A stretch of 64,000 nt of DNA from assembly GCA_038087875.1 (NCBI GenBank), contig CM075988.1:15316001-15380000 (forward strand). Reading direction: 5' to 3'. Within the stretch, counting starts at the first letter, position 1; every line of letters begins with the position of its first letter. Source of the DNA: Malacoraja senta. Taxonomy: Eukaryota. Under the pieces are notes generated by a model. The model did no database searches, was not told the DNA's origin, and saw nothing but the letters and a program-made list of their open reading frames with translations. The position numbers and the translations under genes are program-made. Below are positions 1 through 12,734 of the stretch, piece by piece.

Positions 1-636
1 ACCCAACTTTTTCCCTGTCGGGTCTCCGGTGTCGTTGGGCCTAACATCGTGGAGCCGGCGGCGGCCTCCAACCGGAACAAACCTGAGGGCCCCAGTCGTG
101 GAGCCTGCGGACTCACCATTGCGGAGCTGGCCGACTTTGGAGCGGGGAGAGCTGTGGTGGCGCATGGCTGAAACCTGACTTCGGAGCTTCGGAGGCTCCG
201 GACGCAGGCCCGGTGGACAGGAACATCGGGAGCTCACAGGTCCCTGGTGGGAGACCGCTTTTCGGAGCTCCCGCAATGGCAACTTCTCCCGTCGGAATCG
301 TGGGGTTTAAATGACTCGGAGCGGGGCCTAACATCGCCCGGCGCGGCTTAAACGGCCGCGGGACTTACCATCGCCCGCCGGGGGCTTTAACATCGTGAGC
401 CCCAGTCGCCTCGACACTGCAGTTGGACTGCTGGACCGCGGGAGAAGAACAAAGGGAAGAGATAAGACTTTTGCCTTCCATCACAGTGAGGAGGTGTTAG
501 AGATCCACTGTGATGCATGTTTGTGTAAATTGTGTTAACTGTGTGTCTTGTTTTTTTTTGTAATGTAATGTTATGACTGTAGGAATGAAATTTTGTTCAA
601 ACCTTGTCTGTTTGAATGACAATAAAAGGCATTCTA
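1..636 (+). repeat. GC-rich interspersed repeat with LINE-like tail (tgacaataaa)
   Basis: CpG-rich body, ttgccttccatcacagtgag motif and 3' tail; related sequence inverted at 55700-56035. Confidence 0.6.
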
Positions 637-3464
637 TATGTCTACACTGTGCAATATCTACAACTTTCAACAGGAACTGTTCATAGTCCCTGTAAACATT
701 GGACCAAGGATAAGGACAGCAGATGGATGGGAACAGCATCATTTCCAATTATGCCATCAGTGACACATGACCTTATTTGGAAATTTATGATCTATACTTC
801 AATGTTACAGAATCAAAATCTTCGTCGATAACACAGAGTGTTTACCCCAAGTGGACCAGAGTCCTTCAAGAAGGCAGATCATTGCCATCACACAGATTAT
901 GAATGGACAATAAATGCTGCCGTTGCTAGGAATACCAAACACCCTGCGAGTGAATCAATAAATATTAAAAAGGGGATCACAAGATAACATACTGGTTAAG
1001 TTAGTAAAGTAGCATTGAACACTTCAGCTTTAACTGATCAGGCACATGAAGTCAAATTCTACCACAGAAGCTGCGAAAATCAAATTCAGCTAATTAAAAT
1101 AAATCTTAACAATGTGGTGGCAGAGATAACTGGCCTTGATAATGGCAATGAAAAAAATGGTGGGAATTTTACAACTGATCTATTTTGCTGATCCATGTAA
1201 ATCATCTTTCCTTACTTGGACTAGTAATCATTCCTCACCTACAGCAGAATGTTTGAAATTTATTTGTATGCTGGAAATAACTACCTAATCACGCAGCAGC
1301 CTCAAACCATCACTAAAGAACGATACATTAACTCAATTTATCCAACATCAATCAAGGCACAAGAAATGGATGTTACAAGGCAAACCCAGCCCACAGGGAG
1401 ACATTTATTTGATAGTATGTCATGGATTCGTACCTTTTCACCAACAGTACACATCTCTCCTTCACCATTGTAGGGCACACCCCATTCCACTGGGAGGACA
1501 AATATTCAGACTGACAGCAGTAACATATGCACCCAAAATGAAGTGGTTCCAAGATTGCTTAACTAGGATTCCTCAACTCACTTCCTACCTTATCTTCCAT
1601 ATTGATTACTTGAAACAGAGCACAAAGGACACATTGGTGGGGTCTTCAACATTAAATCATCAAGGGTGGTTCAGTAGCACAAGCACTGACTAACTTGGCT
1701 AAATCCTTAAGGGCCAGACTGAATCTCCATCTGGTGGTAAGCAAAACAATACAAAAACTGCAATCTTTTCCTGCTGTAGATGCAGGTTGCAAACTTCCTT
1801 ACTGAATGCTTCACCCAGTTTCTTTGCCTCCAGAGACTGGTTTTGTGATTGTGGCAGTCTTTTATTAATGCAACTAAAAGAGCACGTCATAGAGTCATAC
1901 AGTGTGGAAACAGGCTCTTCGGCCCAAGCCGACCAACATGTCCCATCCACACTTGTCCCACCAGCCTGTGTTTGGCCCACATAACCCACTAAACCTATCC
2001 TATCCATATATCCGTCAAAATGTTTATTTCCTGTCAAAGTTTGAGTTTTCTGCAGCAAAACTATCAAAGGTGCATTCCAACCATCTTGAAATTGCACATA
2101 GTACCATCATCAGTCAAGACACTTAATACCATCAAAACTAAGCACTCCACATTTGGAACTCAGATAATATCCTTCGATATTGACTACTAAATAATCCATC
2201 TTCAGTGTGCACTATTCATAAGAGACAATTTATAGTGGCATACAGCATAGAAACAGTGCATTTGACACACCATATCAATAGTGACCAGTGGGTACCCATC
2301 TGTACCAATGCTACCTTTGGGCAATCATCCCTTAACCTTTGCTAAGGCAATTCAAGTGCTCATCTTCACACTTCTTAAATACAAGGTTTCTTTGATATCA
2401 TTGTCCCAGTCTTTACACTACATAAAAGATGGGCAACAAGCATAAGGGAATCCTAGCACCCCAAAATACTCCTGCAAGTTCCACACCATCCCCTAACTTG
2501 GAAATGTATCACAGTTGCTCCATCTTCAAATTCCTCAACTCCCTTGGAGATGGTAGAAATACTGTAACTTCAAACATCTTCACCTCAGCTACATGATTCA
2601 AGGTGACAGCACACCAGACGTTTCTAGGGTAATGGGGGCGGGCAATAAACGTTGCCTTAACCAATAACGCCTACATGCTGCGATTGAGCAAATAATCAAA
2701 TCTGGGTCACAGGTATGAGTCACACAGGTTTTAACCAGATTTAACTGAAATTGTTAACAATATGGAATCCATTTGAAAGCAATGTAGCATTGATGCTACT
2801 CAGCAATGACTAATTCATTATTGCAAAGATCACTATCTCTGGTAGTTCACCAAGAAACTTTACCTTGTAATAGATCACGTTCCCCTAATAGAACAGAGAA
2901 TGTTGGAATGTCTTTGACTCGGTTGCCTTCTCCACATATGCTGCCTGACTTTCTGACTATTTCCAGTATTTTGGGGGCTTTATTTCAGTTTTCCACACCT
3001 GCAGTATTTTGATTTGCCATCACTTTTCACTGGGCGGTTAATTTATTCACCAATTCTGGCCAGCTGGCGGTTTCTGCCCAGCAGGCTTTTGCCGTCAACA
3101 GGTTTTAAAATACCACTGGAAATCTTCTCCTCCCAATGCATCCTTGCTGTCTGACCAGAAAAGAATCAGCATATATCCCTCAGCATTCATTGCACCATTG
3201 TCAGGAATACCATTTGAATTTTGATCAACACTAACAGCAACAAGTATGCCTTTGTTCAGTTCCATATTTAGGCAGCGGTTCTAGCATTGTAGACAATTCT
3301 ATATCTATTGTAGACCGAGAGATTGATTATTATGGTTATACAATGATGCAGTGGAGTGGGGACACCAACTATGGGTCAGTAACACTCAATTACCTACTTC
3401 TGCACTACAATTTCTAATAAAATTGCATCGCCATTGGCAATCTCCCCTCTACTCTCTCAATTTC

Positions 3465-3724
3465 AGGGTGGCATGGTAACATAGTGGTAGAGACCAGGGT
3501 TCAATCCTGACTGTGGGTGCTGTCCGTATGAAGTTTGAACACTCTCCCAGTGACAGCATGGGTTTTCTCCAGGAGCTCCAGTTTCCTTCCACGTGCAGGC
3601 TTGTAGGCTTCGGACGAAAATTGTAAATAATCCCTAATGTGTAGGATAGTGCTCGTGTACGGGGATTGCTGGACAATGCAGACTCGGTGGGCCGAAAGGC
3701 CTGTATCCGCAGTGTATCTCTAAA
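3465..3724 (+). mobile_element. tRNA-derived V-SINE (HE1-like)
   Basis: A/B-box-like head (gggttcaatcc), V-domain, CR1-like tail gggccgaaaggcctg...tgtatctctaaa. Confidence 0.8.
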
Positions 3725-6179
3725 AAAACTTTTTTTAAAGTTGAGATGCCGCGTTCAGCAGCTCATTTATTGCTCTAGATCCAAGCATTGCTGTTTTGTG
3801 TCTGCACCACCACTGTATTGGGCAACTAACAAACACTAAAAGATGAGCTTGTAATTTCTCATCCGGAAATACCCATGGATAAGTCGTAGGCTAGATTCAG
3901 AATGTTGCCAGCAATGAAGGTTTAGTTATCACTGAGCAACTTGGCAGGTCAGGCAGCATCCCTGGAGAACATAGACTAAAAAAGGATCTAAAGGAGGATC
4001 CTGACACAGAACGTCCTCTATCCATGTTCTTCAGGGATGCTGTCTGGCTCACTTACTTACTCCAGCACTTTGGGCCTTGTCTTTTTTTTTAATAAGGTAA
4101 ATATTTAACTTGTCTAACATTCCAACGCATTTCATGGCAGCTTTATTTTATAAATGTGACAGCCATCTTGCACTGAGACAGCCAATGCCAGTTGGTAGCA
4201 ATAAAGGTACCACGCGGTGCTTGGTAAAGAGGGTGACATGGAAAGAATTCCAGGTCTAGATTATTCAGTGAACAATGATGAAAAATACTCAAGTGAACAT
4301 TGGAAAGGATCAGATTGCACTGACTGTGAAGACACGAGAGGCGGCAATCAAGAGCAACAGATAATCTGCTGGTGGAACCTGAACAGCATCTGTGGGCAGA
4401 AAGGAACGATCAACATTTCGGGTTGGAACCTTGCATTAGGACAGAGAGGGAGAGAGAGCCAGTATGAATAGAAGAAGTGGTGAGAGGCAATTGTGGACTG
4501 AGAAGATGTTAAGGATAGGCAAGTAGAGTGGGGTAAGGGAGATGGGGGTGGGTGGGGAGAAAATGAGGTGGCATTGGGGGACAGAGGCAGGTGGATGATG
4601 GATGGAGGTAGGTGGAAGGAAAATATGTCAGATGGAGCCAGGTGAACTGACTGGTGTACTTCAAGGCCTTCCCACTGTCCATTTGGTAATAACAAGCACC
4701 CTATGTGCCTTCAGTTCTTGCATTGTGTTTACGGGGCTCTATAACCCACCAAAAACTGCAAATCCCCAATCTCAACCATCCCCAATCTCAACCCAATTGA
4801 AGAAGCTGTGGGTATTCTCCGTGGGACAGTGCATTTTGTGAGGGTATCAGATTGAGGTACTTGAAATCATGATCGGCATGGATAGACTTACTGTTGAGAG
4901 AAACTCTTCTATCTTACAGAGGGGATGTAGAATAGGTGATTGGTAAAAATGAAGAAGGATTTTTTTTTTTAAGTGTTGGTTTGGAATGCACTGCTTGAGG
5001 TAGTGGTGGAGACAGATTCAAAAAGGATTTGGATAAGTAATGAAATGAAAGAATTTGCAGGTGTTGGGGTTTTGCAGAGTGGGATTTTTCATGCAGACCA
5101 TGTGGATTAATGTCCTCCTCTTCTGTGACAATAGAGTGGTTCCGCGGCCTTCTGCCATCAAGTCTGATCCCTAATTACCAAGATGAATGACCATAATTGT
5201 GCCACATATCCAAGAGAAAAAAAATTGACAAAAATAAAAGAGAAACTTGGTCGTTATCAGTCACTGACAGATGAAGCCGATAAATAAAGTCATAGAATTG
5301 TACAGCACAGAAACAGTCCATGCTAACCTAGGTGAATATCGGAGCCTGTCCAATTTACCCGATTTGGGCCCATATCCCTCCGTATCACAGTACAAGAATA
5401 CTATCAAACACTTTATTTCACATTGTTGCTAAAAAGCACTGGTAAGCGGGGAAAACAAACACAATAACAGGAACTATAATCAGACAATATTACAACCACA
5501 GCTTCTGCTGAAGTGCAGCTGGGCAAGGGAGTGGCCAACAGGCTAGTCTCCTGTAGGAATTTTACATCCTCTTTCTAAACCCTTAAAATGCTAGCACATA
5601 CTGTACCTCAGTCTGTATAACACTTACAGCAGATACGTAGAAGTGAAGGTGCAGCATTTGCTGCAGAAGTTATTGAATACTTGGAAGTACAAAGGAACCA
5701 AGAGGGATTACCAGGGGTCACCAGCAACCAATAAAAGAAAGAGCAAAACTTTCTGTTATCTCAGTCACGTCATTTTGAAAACGGAAGTATCTTTGAAAAT
5801 AAATGTTTGAGCAATTCTAAGCACGGAAGAAATTTCCACAATCTTTTGAACTTGTTTAAATGTAAATAAATCATGCTAGAGGTTAGGCCCGCCAATAACC
5901 AATTTCGAGCTGATCAAGGCTCATCAGTCACAGCACTGCAGTTCTTTAAAGTGGCTCTTCAAACTAAACCGGTTCTTTTGGGTGCATGGCCACAAATAGG
6001 CAGATTACACATCGTCAGATTCTTAATTTAACTTTCAAGAAAATGACCCACTTCATAAAACCAATGATAAAAAAAATACTGCAGAAACTGAAAATCTGAA
6101 ATAAAAAATACAAAATACTGGTAATACATAGCAGGTTGTGGAGTTAAAGTTGTCCAGCTTTGAAAACAGGTGCTTTGGT

Positions 6180-6850
6180 CCACCATGTTTATGGTGACCA
6201 TAATGCCTATCTATACTGTTCCCACTTACCTGCATTAATTCCATATCTCTATGCCTTGCGCAATTAAGTACTTCTCCAGATGCCTCTTAAATGCTATTAT
6301 TGTTCCTGCCTCCACTACCTCCTCCGGCAGCTCATTCCAGATACGAACTACTTTGTATGAAAAAAAAATGCCTTTGGTTTCCTTTTAAGCCTCCTCTCTC
6401 TTACCTTAAACGTATGCCCTTTCATTTTAAACTCCCTAACATTGGAAACAGACTCTGGCTATCTATACGTCATAATTTCAGAAATCTCTATCATGCAACT
6501 CGCAGTCTCTTGTGCTCCAGGGAAAAGAGACCCAGACTACCCAATTTCTCTTTATAACTCAATCCCTCCAATCCAGGTACCATTCTTGTGAAACTTTTCT
6601 GCGCCCTCTCTAGCTTAATCACATCCTTCATGTAGCCTGGCAACTGGAACCGTGCACAATACTAGAAGTGTGGCCTAACCAGCGTTTGTACAACTGTAAC
6701 ATGACATCTCAACTATTGTACTCAATCCCTTGACCGATGAAGGCAAGCATCCTATTTGCCTTTTTCACCACCATGTCTACCTGTGTTGTCCCTTTCAAGG
6801 AACTATGTACTTGCACCCCAAAGTTTCTCTTTTTGACAACACTCCCCATC
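6180..6850 (-). mobile_element. Old CR1 3' fragment
   Basis: Reverse strand reads like the CR1 motif LVRPHL.YC..FQLP, followed by a CR1 3' UTR. Confidence 0.7.
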
Positions 6851-7998
6851 ACTCCACAGGTCTGGAGGCATCTGTGGTGAGATGCACCATGTCACAGCAG
6901 ATTTTACATTTGGTATTGGTAAATGAGTTTTCACAGAAATCTGACAAAAATATAATAACATGTCAATTTGGATGCAGTTTAAGCTCGAATCCCTAATTGT
7001 GCCCAAGATAGAAATATTATTTATTAAACAGCAAGTTCAGAAGCCCAGTGTTAGAGCTGGCATTGCACTTTATCCCTCAGGAACCTTGGCAAAGAATGAA
7101 CCATGTTCCAACATGAAATGAATCCCCCAAACTGCATCTCATCATCTCTGGAAATCCAAAATAATTTAGTTTATTGTCACATGTACCGAGGTACAGTGAA
7201 ACGCTCTTGTTGCATGCTAACCAGTCAATGGGAAGACAATACATTATTGCAATTGTGACTTTTTTTAAAAAAAGCACACAGAAAATGCTCAAAGCTCACA
7301 GCAGATCAAGCAACAACCCTGGGAAGAGAAATAGAGTTGATGTTTCTGGTCAAGGACCCTTCAATTGGGGCAGAGAGTTATGTTAAAGATTAGGGTCCAA
7401 TCATGGACATCTCAAACCAGCACCAGTAGAGGTTGGAATCAATCCTTCAGTGGTTGGGATCTTTGCCAACATCAAAATTCCAGGAAAATCCTGGATTAGG
7501 GTGAAAACAGTTTAGGACTGCTCCTGAAATCCAGACCTGGATCTAAGTGAGGCAGTACCACGTTGTGTACTGGGGCGGGAGCGAACAAGAACAGAACAAG
7601 GGAGCTGTCACTTTCTGCCATTCACTCTGTAATCGCCTGCAGGGGTGAAATTAGTGCAAATATTGACAATCGCATTTTCTCAGCTTTCAGACTCCAGTCC
7701 CTCTGATTATGTAGGATCAACAGCTGGAATTAAATCTCTTTAAATAAAAAGGAACAGGTAGCCCAGGAAGTCGTTTAAATCAGTTAAATATCGCATTATC
7801 CGCTAAAATCATTGCGGAACACCCTAGTCCCATCCACAGGTTAACGGCGATGGAGTTATCTTATCCAGGACACTGTCTGCTAAAATAACTTTCAGCTGAA
7901 GAAATTCAGATTCCAGCAATATCCGCGATATTGTCTAACAAAATAACCGAGAGCATCCTATTAAACGTCCCGCTCTGAGGTTGAGAGCGACCGCTTAC

Positions 7999-8065
7999 CT
8001 GCTTGTTCCCGGGATTGTGAAACACCAGTTCGGACATCCGATGATTTATCCGTCCCGACACTCAT
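7999..8065 (-). CDS. POU2F3: Probable POU2F3 N-terminal coding exon (exon 7999-8069, ATG at 8065)
   Basis: Strong acceptor tttcctttgcttgcag and donor CAG|gtaagc, ending phase 1. Encodes (K)MSVGTDKSSDVRTGVSQSREQAG versus recalled human exon 2 KMSGDVADSTDARSTLSQVEPG. Same strand and downstream of OAF, as in mammals. No POU-domain exons in the window. Confidence 0.6.
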
Positions 8066-8277
8066 CTTACTGCAAGCAAAGGAAACAACTGACTTTTAAT
8101 TTACAAAAACGCGCGTCTCAAAAACAAAACTAAAAGCCTACCGGTAAAAATCAACCGAATTGAATGGGCAACATCATCATCACATCGTCAACGGTTCTTG
8201 CGTCCTCTTTCCCGAGCGCAAACTTTTTCCAGGTGTGGAGACAGCGTGGGACGAGCGAACTATTTAGAAATCATTAC

Positions 8278-8480
8278 CTGACAGAGACCGATCTCTTCCC
8301 TCCGAGACCTCTTACGCTCGGTCACTGCTCCACGGCACAGGCAGCAGGCGAGAGGCACTCCGTTCCGTGTAATTTGGGCAAATTTGACTCGAACACTGCA
8401 GGTGGGTCACGGTGCCTTTCGACAGAGGAACTCGCTGTGAGTTTAGGTGCAAGACAAAGAGATATTTGCATATCATCGCA
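8278..8480 (-). promoter_or_regulatory. Candidate non-coding first exon and proximal promoter of the POU2F3-like gene
   Basis: CpG-enriched unique sequence around 7950-8480; donor CAG|gtaatg at 8278/8277 giving a 208-nt intron; octamer ATTTGCAT at 8464-8471. Confidence 0.4.
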
Positions 8481-8949
8481 GGCAGTGCATCAAGACCAAC
8501 CCATACACCCTCATTTGTTTAACTCAACAAGTACCAGTTCTGAATAAACAGAGATTATCGTTTAACTTTACAACTAAGAGTTGCGTGAAATTGTTGCAAT
8601 GTGTTTGGAGTGGATTATATTCCAACCACCACTCCCCCTTGCTGGACGCGTAGAATTATTCCGCTTCAAGACCAACGAGACATTTGGCGTTAAAGGTACA
8701 GTGGCTTCATGCCTGCGTCTCTCAACTACCATCCATTCCCGGGACCAGGACTCCGGTCCTGCGAAAGTCATCTCTAATTTTGCTTGGGAAGGGGATGGGG
8801 TGGTGAGGGGAGGACTTCAGCTTCCCCGCTTCTGGAGTCAACAGATGCCCAAACACCGAGGGAGGCCCGGCGCCGGCTGCACGCCGGTGTCCGATCCCTC
8901 AGCTGTGAACGGGCTGGTCGCCTGGTTCTCAGATGCGCAACTATTTTTT

Positions 8950-11900
8950 TCCCAGGCCTCACCTTTGTACCCCTGCACCCACAACCCCAATGAGTCGTGG
9001 GCCAGCCAGCATGTCGAGCTACTCTTCCATCACCTCTGCTGCTGCTGCTGCGGTACCTATTTATGTAGGAAGAGTCCTTGTCTTCCATTGATCCGTCCCC
9101 CAATCCTCCTCTTTTTGCTGAGAGAATGGAGCAGCTGGACTTGTACACTCTGGAGTTTAGAAGGATGAGAGGGTATCTCATTGAAACATATAAGATTGTT
9201 AAGGGCTTGGACACACTAGAGGCAGGAAACATGTTCCCGATGTTGGGGGAGTCCAGAACCAGGGCCACAGTTTAAGAATAAGGAGTAAGCCATTTAGAAC
9301 GGAGACGAGGAAACACTTTTTCTCATAGAGAGTGGTGAGTCTGTGGAATTTTCTGCCTCAGAGGGCGGTGGAGGCCGGTTCTCTGGATGCTTTCAAGAGA
9401 GAGCTAGATAGGGCTCTTAAAAATAGCAGAGTCAGGGGATATGGGGAGAAGGCAGGAACGGGGTACTGATTGGGGATGATCAGCCATGATCACATTGAAT
9501 GGCGGTGCTGGCACAAAGGGCCAAATGGCCTACTCCTGCACCTATTGTCTATTGTCTTTCTCATGAACACCCTCTATTGGCCTTCGACCAATCTATCGCT
9601 TCATTTCCAACTGCTGCTATCACGCAGACTATCTTGCTTCCACCACTCCGGTCCAAACCCGCAGCTCTCCACTCACTCCGCACCAAGCCCAACCCCGTCA
9701 GCAAACGTGCAAGCAAGAGTGGACCCATTGTCGTGTGGTGGACTGACCCGTACGTCTCCTGCTGAGGGGAGGTAACAGGTCTCACACACCTCCATAGGCA
9801 TGACCCAACACCAGGCCAACCTCCCAAACCATCACAAATCTCATCACTTCTGGCAATCTCCCCTCCAAAGCCTCCAGCCTAATAACTCTGCACACTGCCT
9901 GTTTCTATCTCCTACCTAAAATCTAAGTCTACCCTGGTAGGCCTGTTGGCTCTGTTTGCCCCTTGCCTGCAATGAACTCATCTCTTTACATCTCAACTCT
10001 CTATCTTATTCCTTTATCGTATCCCCCCCAGTCCCTTCACAGTTACATCTGGGGCACCCCACATGCTCTCCACCACTTCAACAACTTCCATTTCCTTGGT
10101 TTCCTGCCAGCCCCCTGCCACCATCCATCCCACCTCACCACCATCCATTCCAAGCCCCCCCCCCCCCACTCCACTTACCCCCACCTCATCTTTACCATGG
10201 ACGTCCAGTCTCTTTACACTTCCATTCTCCATTAGGATGGCATGGGGGCCCTTTGTTTCTTCCTGGAACAGGAACCCAACCTGTCCCCTCTACTAACGCT
10301 CTCTGTCTGGCAGAACCTGTCCTCACCCTCAACAACTTTTCCTTTGAATTATCTCACTTTTTTCAATACAAAGGTGTAACCATGAGCACATGTATGGGCC
10401 CGAGCTATTCCTGTCTTCTTGTTGGCTATGTTGAGAATTCTTTGTTCCAAATGTATCTCCAAACCATTCCCAAGTCTTTCTCAGCTACTTGACAACTGCA
10501 TTGTGGCTTTCTCCTACACCTGTGCTCAACTGGTCAATTTCACCAACTTTGCAACCAAATTTCAACCCTGCCCTCAAATTTTCGTCAAATTCATCTTTGA
10601 CACCTCTCTCTCATTCCTGTGGAGTATCTACATACTTCTATTCCAAACCCATTGACTCCCACAGCTACCCCTTCTTGTTTCTACACCTCCTTCCACCCTG
10701 TCTCTAGCAAGGAGGCCATCCTTTTCTCACAGGCTTTCCGTCTCAGCTGTACCTGCACTCAAGATGAGGCATTCCATTCTGGGGAATCTGAGATGTCCTA
10801 CTTCTTAATTAAATCTAGCTATGCCCAACCCCCTTTTTCCTCACCACTGCCTCCTCTGTTTTACACCGTTCCCCTCCACCTAGAGAAACCAGATAGAGTT
10901 ACCTGGTCCTCACCTTCCACCCGTCCAGCCCCGCATCCAACACATCATTCCCTGAGCTATCTGCCAGGTTCAATGCAATCCCAACATCAATTACAACTTC
11001 CCCGCCCTACTCTTTCTGCTTTTCACTGAGACAACTCTCCCTGGTTCACACATCCATCTCCACCCACCCCTCTCCCACTTCAAACACATTGCCCTGCACC
11101 TGCAGGAGGTGCATCACCTGCCCCTACACCTCCTCATCCTTCACCTTCATTCAGGGACCCTAACAGCCCTTTTAGGTGAGATCAGAGTTTACATGCACCT
11201 CCCCCAACCTCATCCATTGTATTTGGTGTTTCTTGATGTGGCTTTCTCTATATTGGTGAGGCCAAACATAGACTAGGCAACCACTGCTGAACAATTGTAC
11301 TTTGTCTGACAGGGCAGGGCATAATTACACACACTAATTCCTTTCTGCTAGCCTCTTTTTTTAAAACTCATTTCTATACCAACTTGTTAGTCCTTGGCCA
11401 TCTCCACTGCCCGAGTGAGGCCACCTTCAAACTGGAAAAAGATCTCCTCATATTTTGTGTTGGTAGCCTACAACTTAATGGTATGACCATTGAATGCTCC
11501 AATTTCAGGTAACCCCAATCCCCCACCTGCTCATATACCCAGGTCTCCCATCCCTACACATTCCTTTCTTTCCACCTCCCCAATTAAGTTCCCACACTAC
11601 CCCCCACCTACTTCCTTTCCCAACCATCACCTCCATTCACTCCCACCCACCCCTCCCTGCCCCAAGCCCCCCATTCTTCACCCCACCCCTCCATTCCCTT
11701 CTATCATCCTCCTCCTACTGTACTACATTTCACACCCTCTTTCCTTTCTTATCAGATTCCACAATTTGCATCCTTTTTGTTCTCCACATCACCTCCAGCA
11801 GTTACATCTCCAGCCCCACCTGGATCCACTTATCATTGGCCAGCTCTTTCCACGCCACATCCTCTCACATCTTGCCACTGGCCTTCTCCCCTCAACTCCA

Positions 11901-11990
11901 TCAGTCTGGAAGCGGGTCCCGACCCAAAACATTGTCTCCCCATTTCCCTCCACAGATGCTGCCTGACCCCTTCAGTTCGTCCAGCAGTCG
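8950..11990 (+). mobile_element. Old degenerate Penelope-like element, interrupted by a CR1 fragment
   Basis: Remnants GLTFVPL, AALHSLRT..IVVW, IFTMDVQSLYTSI, GVTMSTCMGPSYSCL; colinear with the 17-19 kb copy but with many frameshifts; terminal repeat at ~11900-11990. Confidence 0.88.
9118..9553 (+). mobile_element. CR1 LINE 3' fragment nested in the Penelope fossil
   Basis: LYTLEFRRMRGYLIETYKIVKGLD and a 3' end tactcctgcacctattgtctattgtc. Confidence 0.9.
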
Positions 11991-12423
11991 GTTCCCAGCA
12001 CATGGGGAATTTTATGTTTCCACCTGCTATAACAGGTTTGTTTTTCCAATACCACTCACCCAGCCAAAATATTGAGTCTCAGGATCTTCAGGACAGCTCT
12101 GGTCACCCAACGTGCACTGGTGGCAGTTAATGATAATGTAAGGAGAATTTTATTAAAATATTATTTATTTAGGATGAGTGTTAATGGGTCGACGGTTTGC
12201 GTAGAAGCAGTAGTGACTTGATGTCACCTGAGTCAATGCAAATTTGCATGGGCACAAACAGATCTGGGCATTTGTCGGCCAAGAGCAGGACTGGTTTCAT
12301 GGGGATCAATGGGCACTGCTTCCAAATATAGGGTAGAGTCCTGTGGAAACCATCTGAGGTCCTGAGCCCCGGTGAAATGGGTAAGCAGTAAATAAAAAAT
12401 AATATTTCGGGAGGTTTGAACTG

Positions 12424-12734
12424 TACTCCCCGTTGAATTGCAACCTTGTCGTGGTCGGGGAGCTTGTGTGTCTCAGTGGCCCCTAGAGCTATGCCAGTGG
12501 GAGATTCGTCTCCTGTTAGGGTCTCCCATGCTGGACAGGTCGAAGGGTAGACACGAGACAGAAGAGTGATCCACTGGTCCTCCAGGTTGCAGGATGAGCA
12601 CAGGGCTAACAACCCTGTCTCGTAAAACAAATATGTTATGGAAACAGCAACTGAAGGAATCAACACTTCTGAGTGGAGGACTTTCGTTGCTGCTCTACAT
12701 GCCAGGAGGCATAATAGGCAGTAAGTAAGTAAGA
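12424..12734 (+). mobile_element. Internally deleted RTE-clade element (5' UTR joined to 3' end)
   Basis: RTE-type 5' UTR motifs (ccttgtcgtgg, agggtctcccatg, gggctaacaaccc...gtaaaa) joined to a 3' end with (TAAG)n tail; candidate TSD tgaactg at 12417-12423 and 12735-12741. Confidence 0.7.

Noticed and set aside
1699..2097. 132-aa ORF with an exon-like segment CINKRLPQSQNQSLEAKKLGEAF
   Set aside because: Partly a CR1 3' UTR, no recognisable homology, and the phase does not fit the 7999 donor.
11490..12075. Long Pro/Ser-rich ORFs
   Set aside because: Pyrimidine-rich 3' region of the Penelope fossil.
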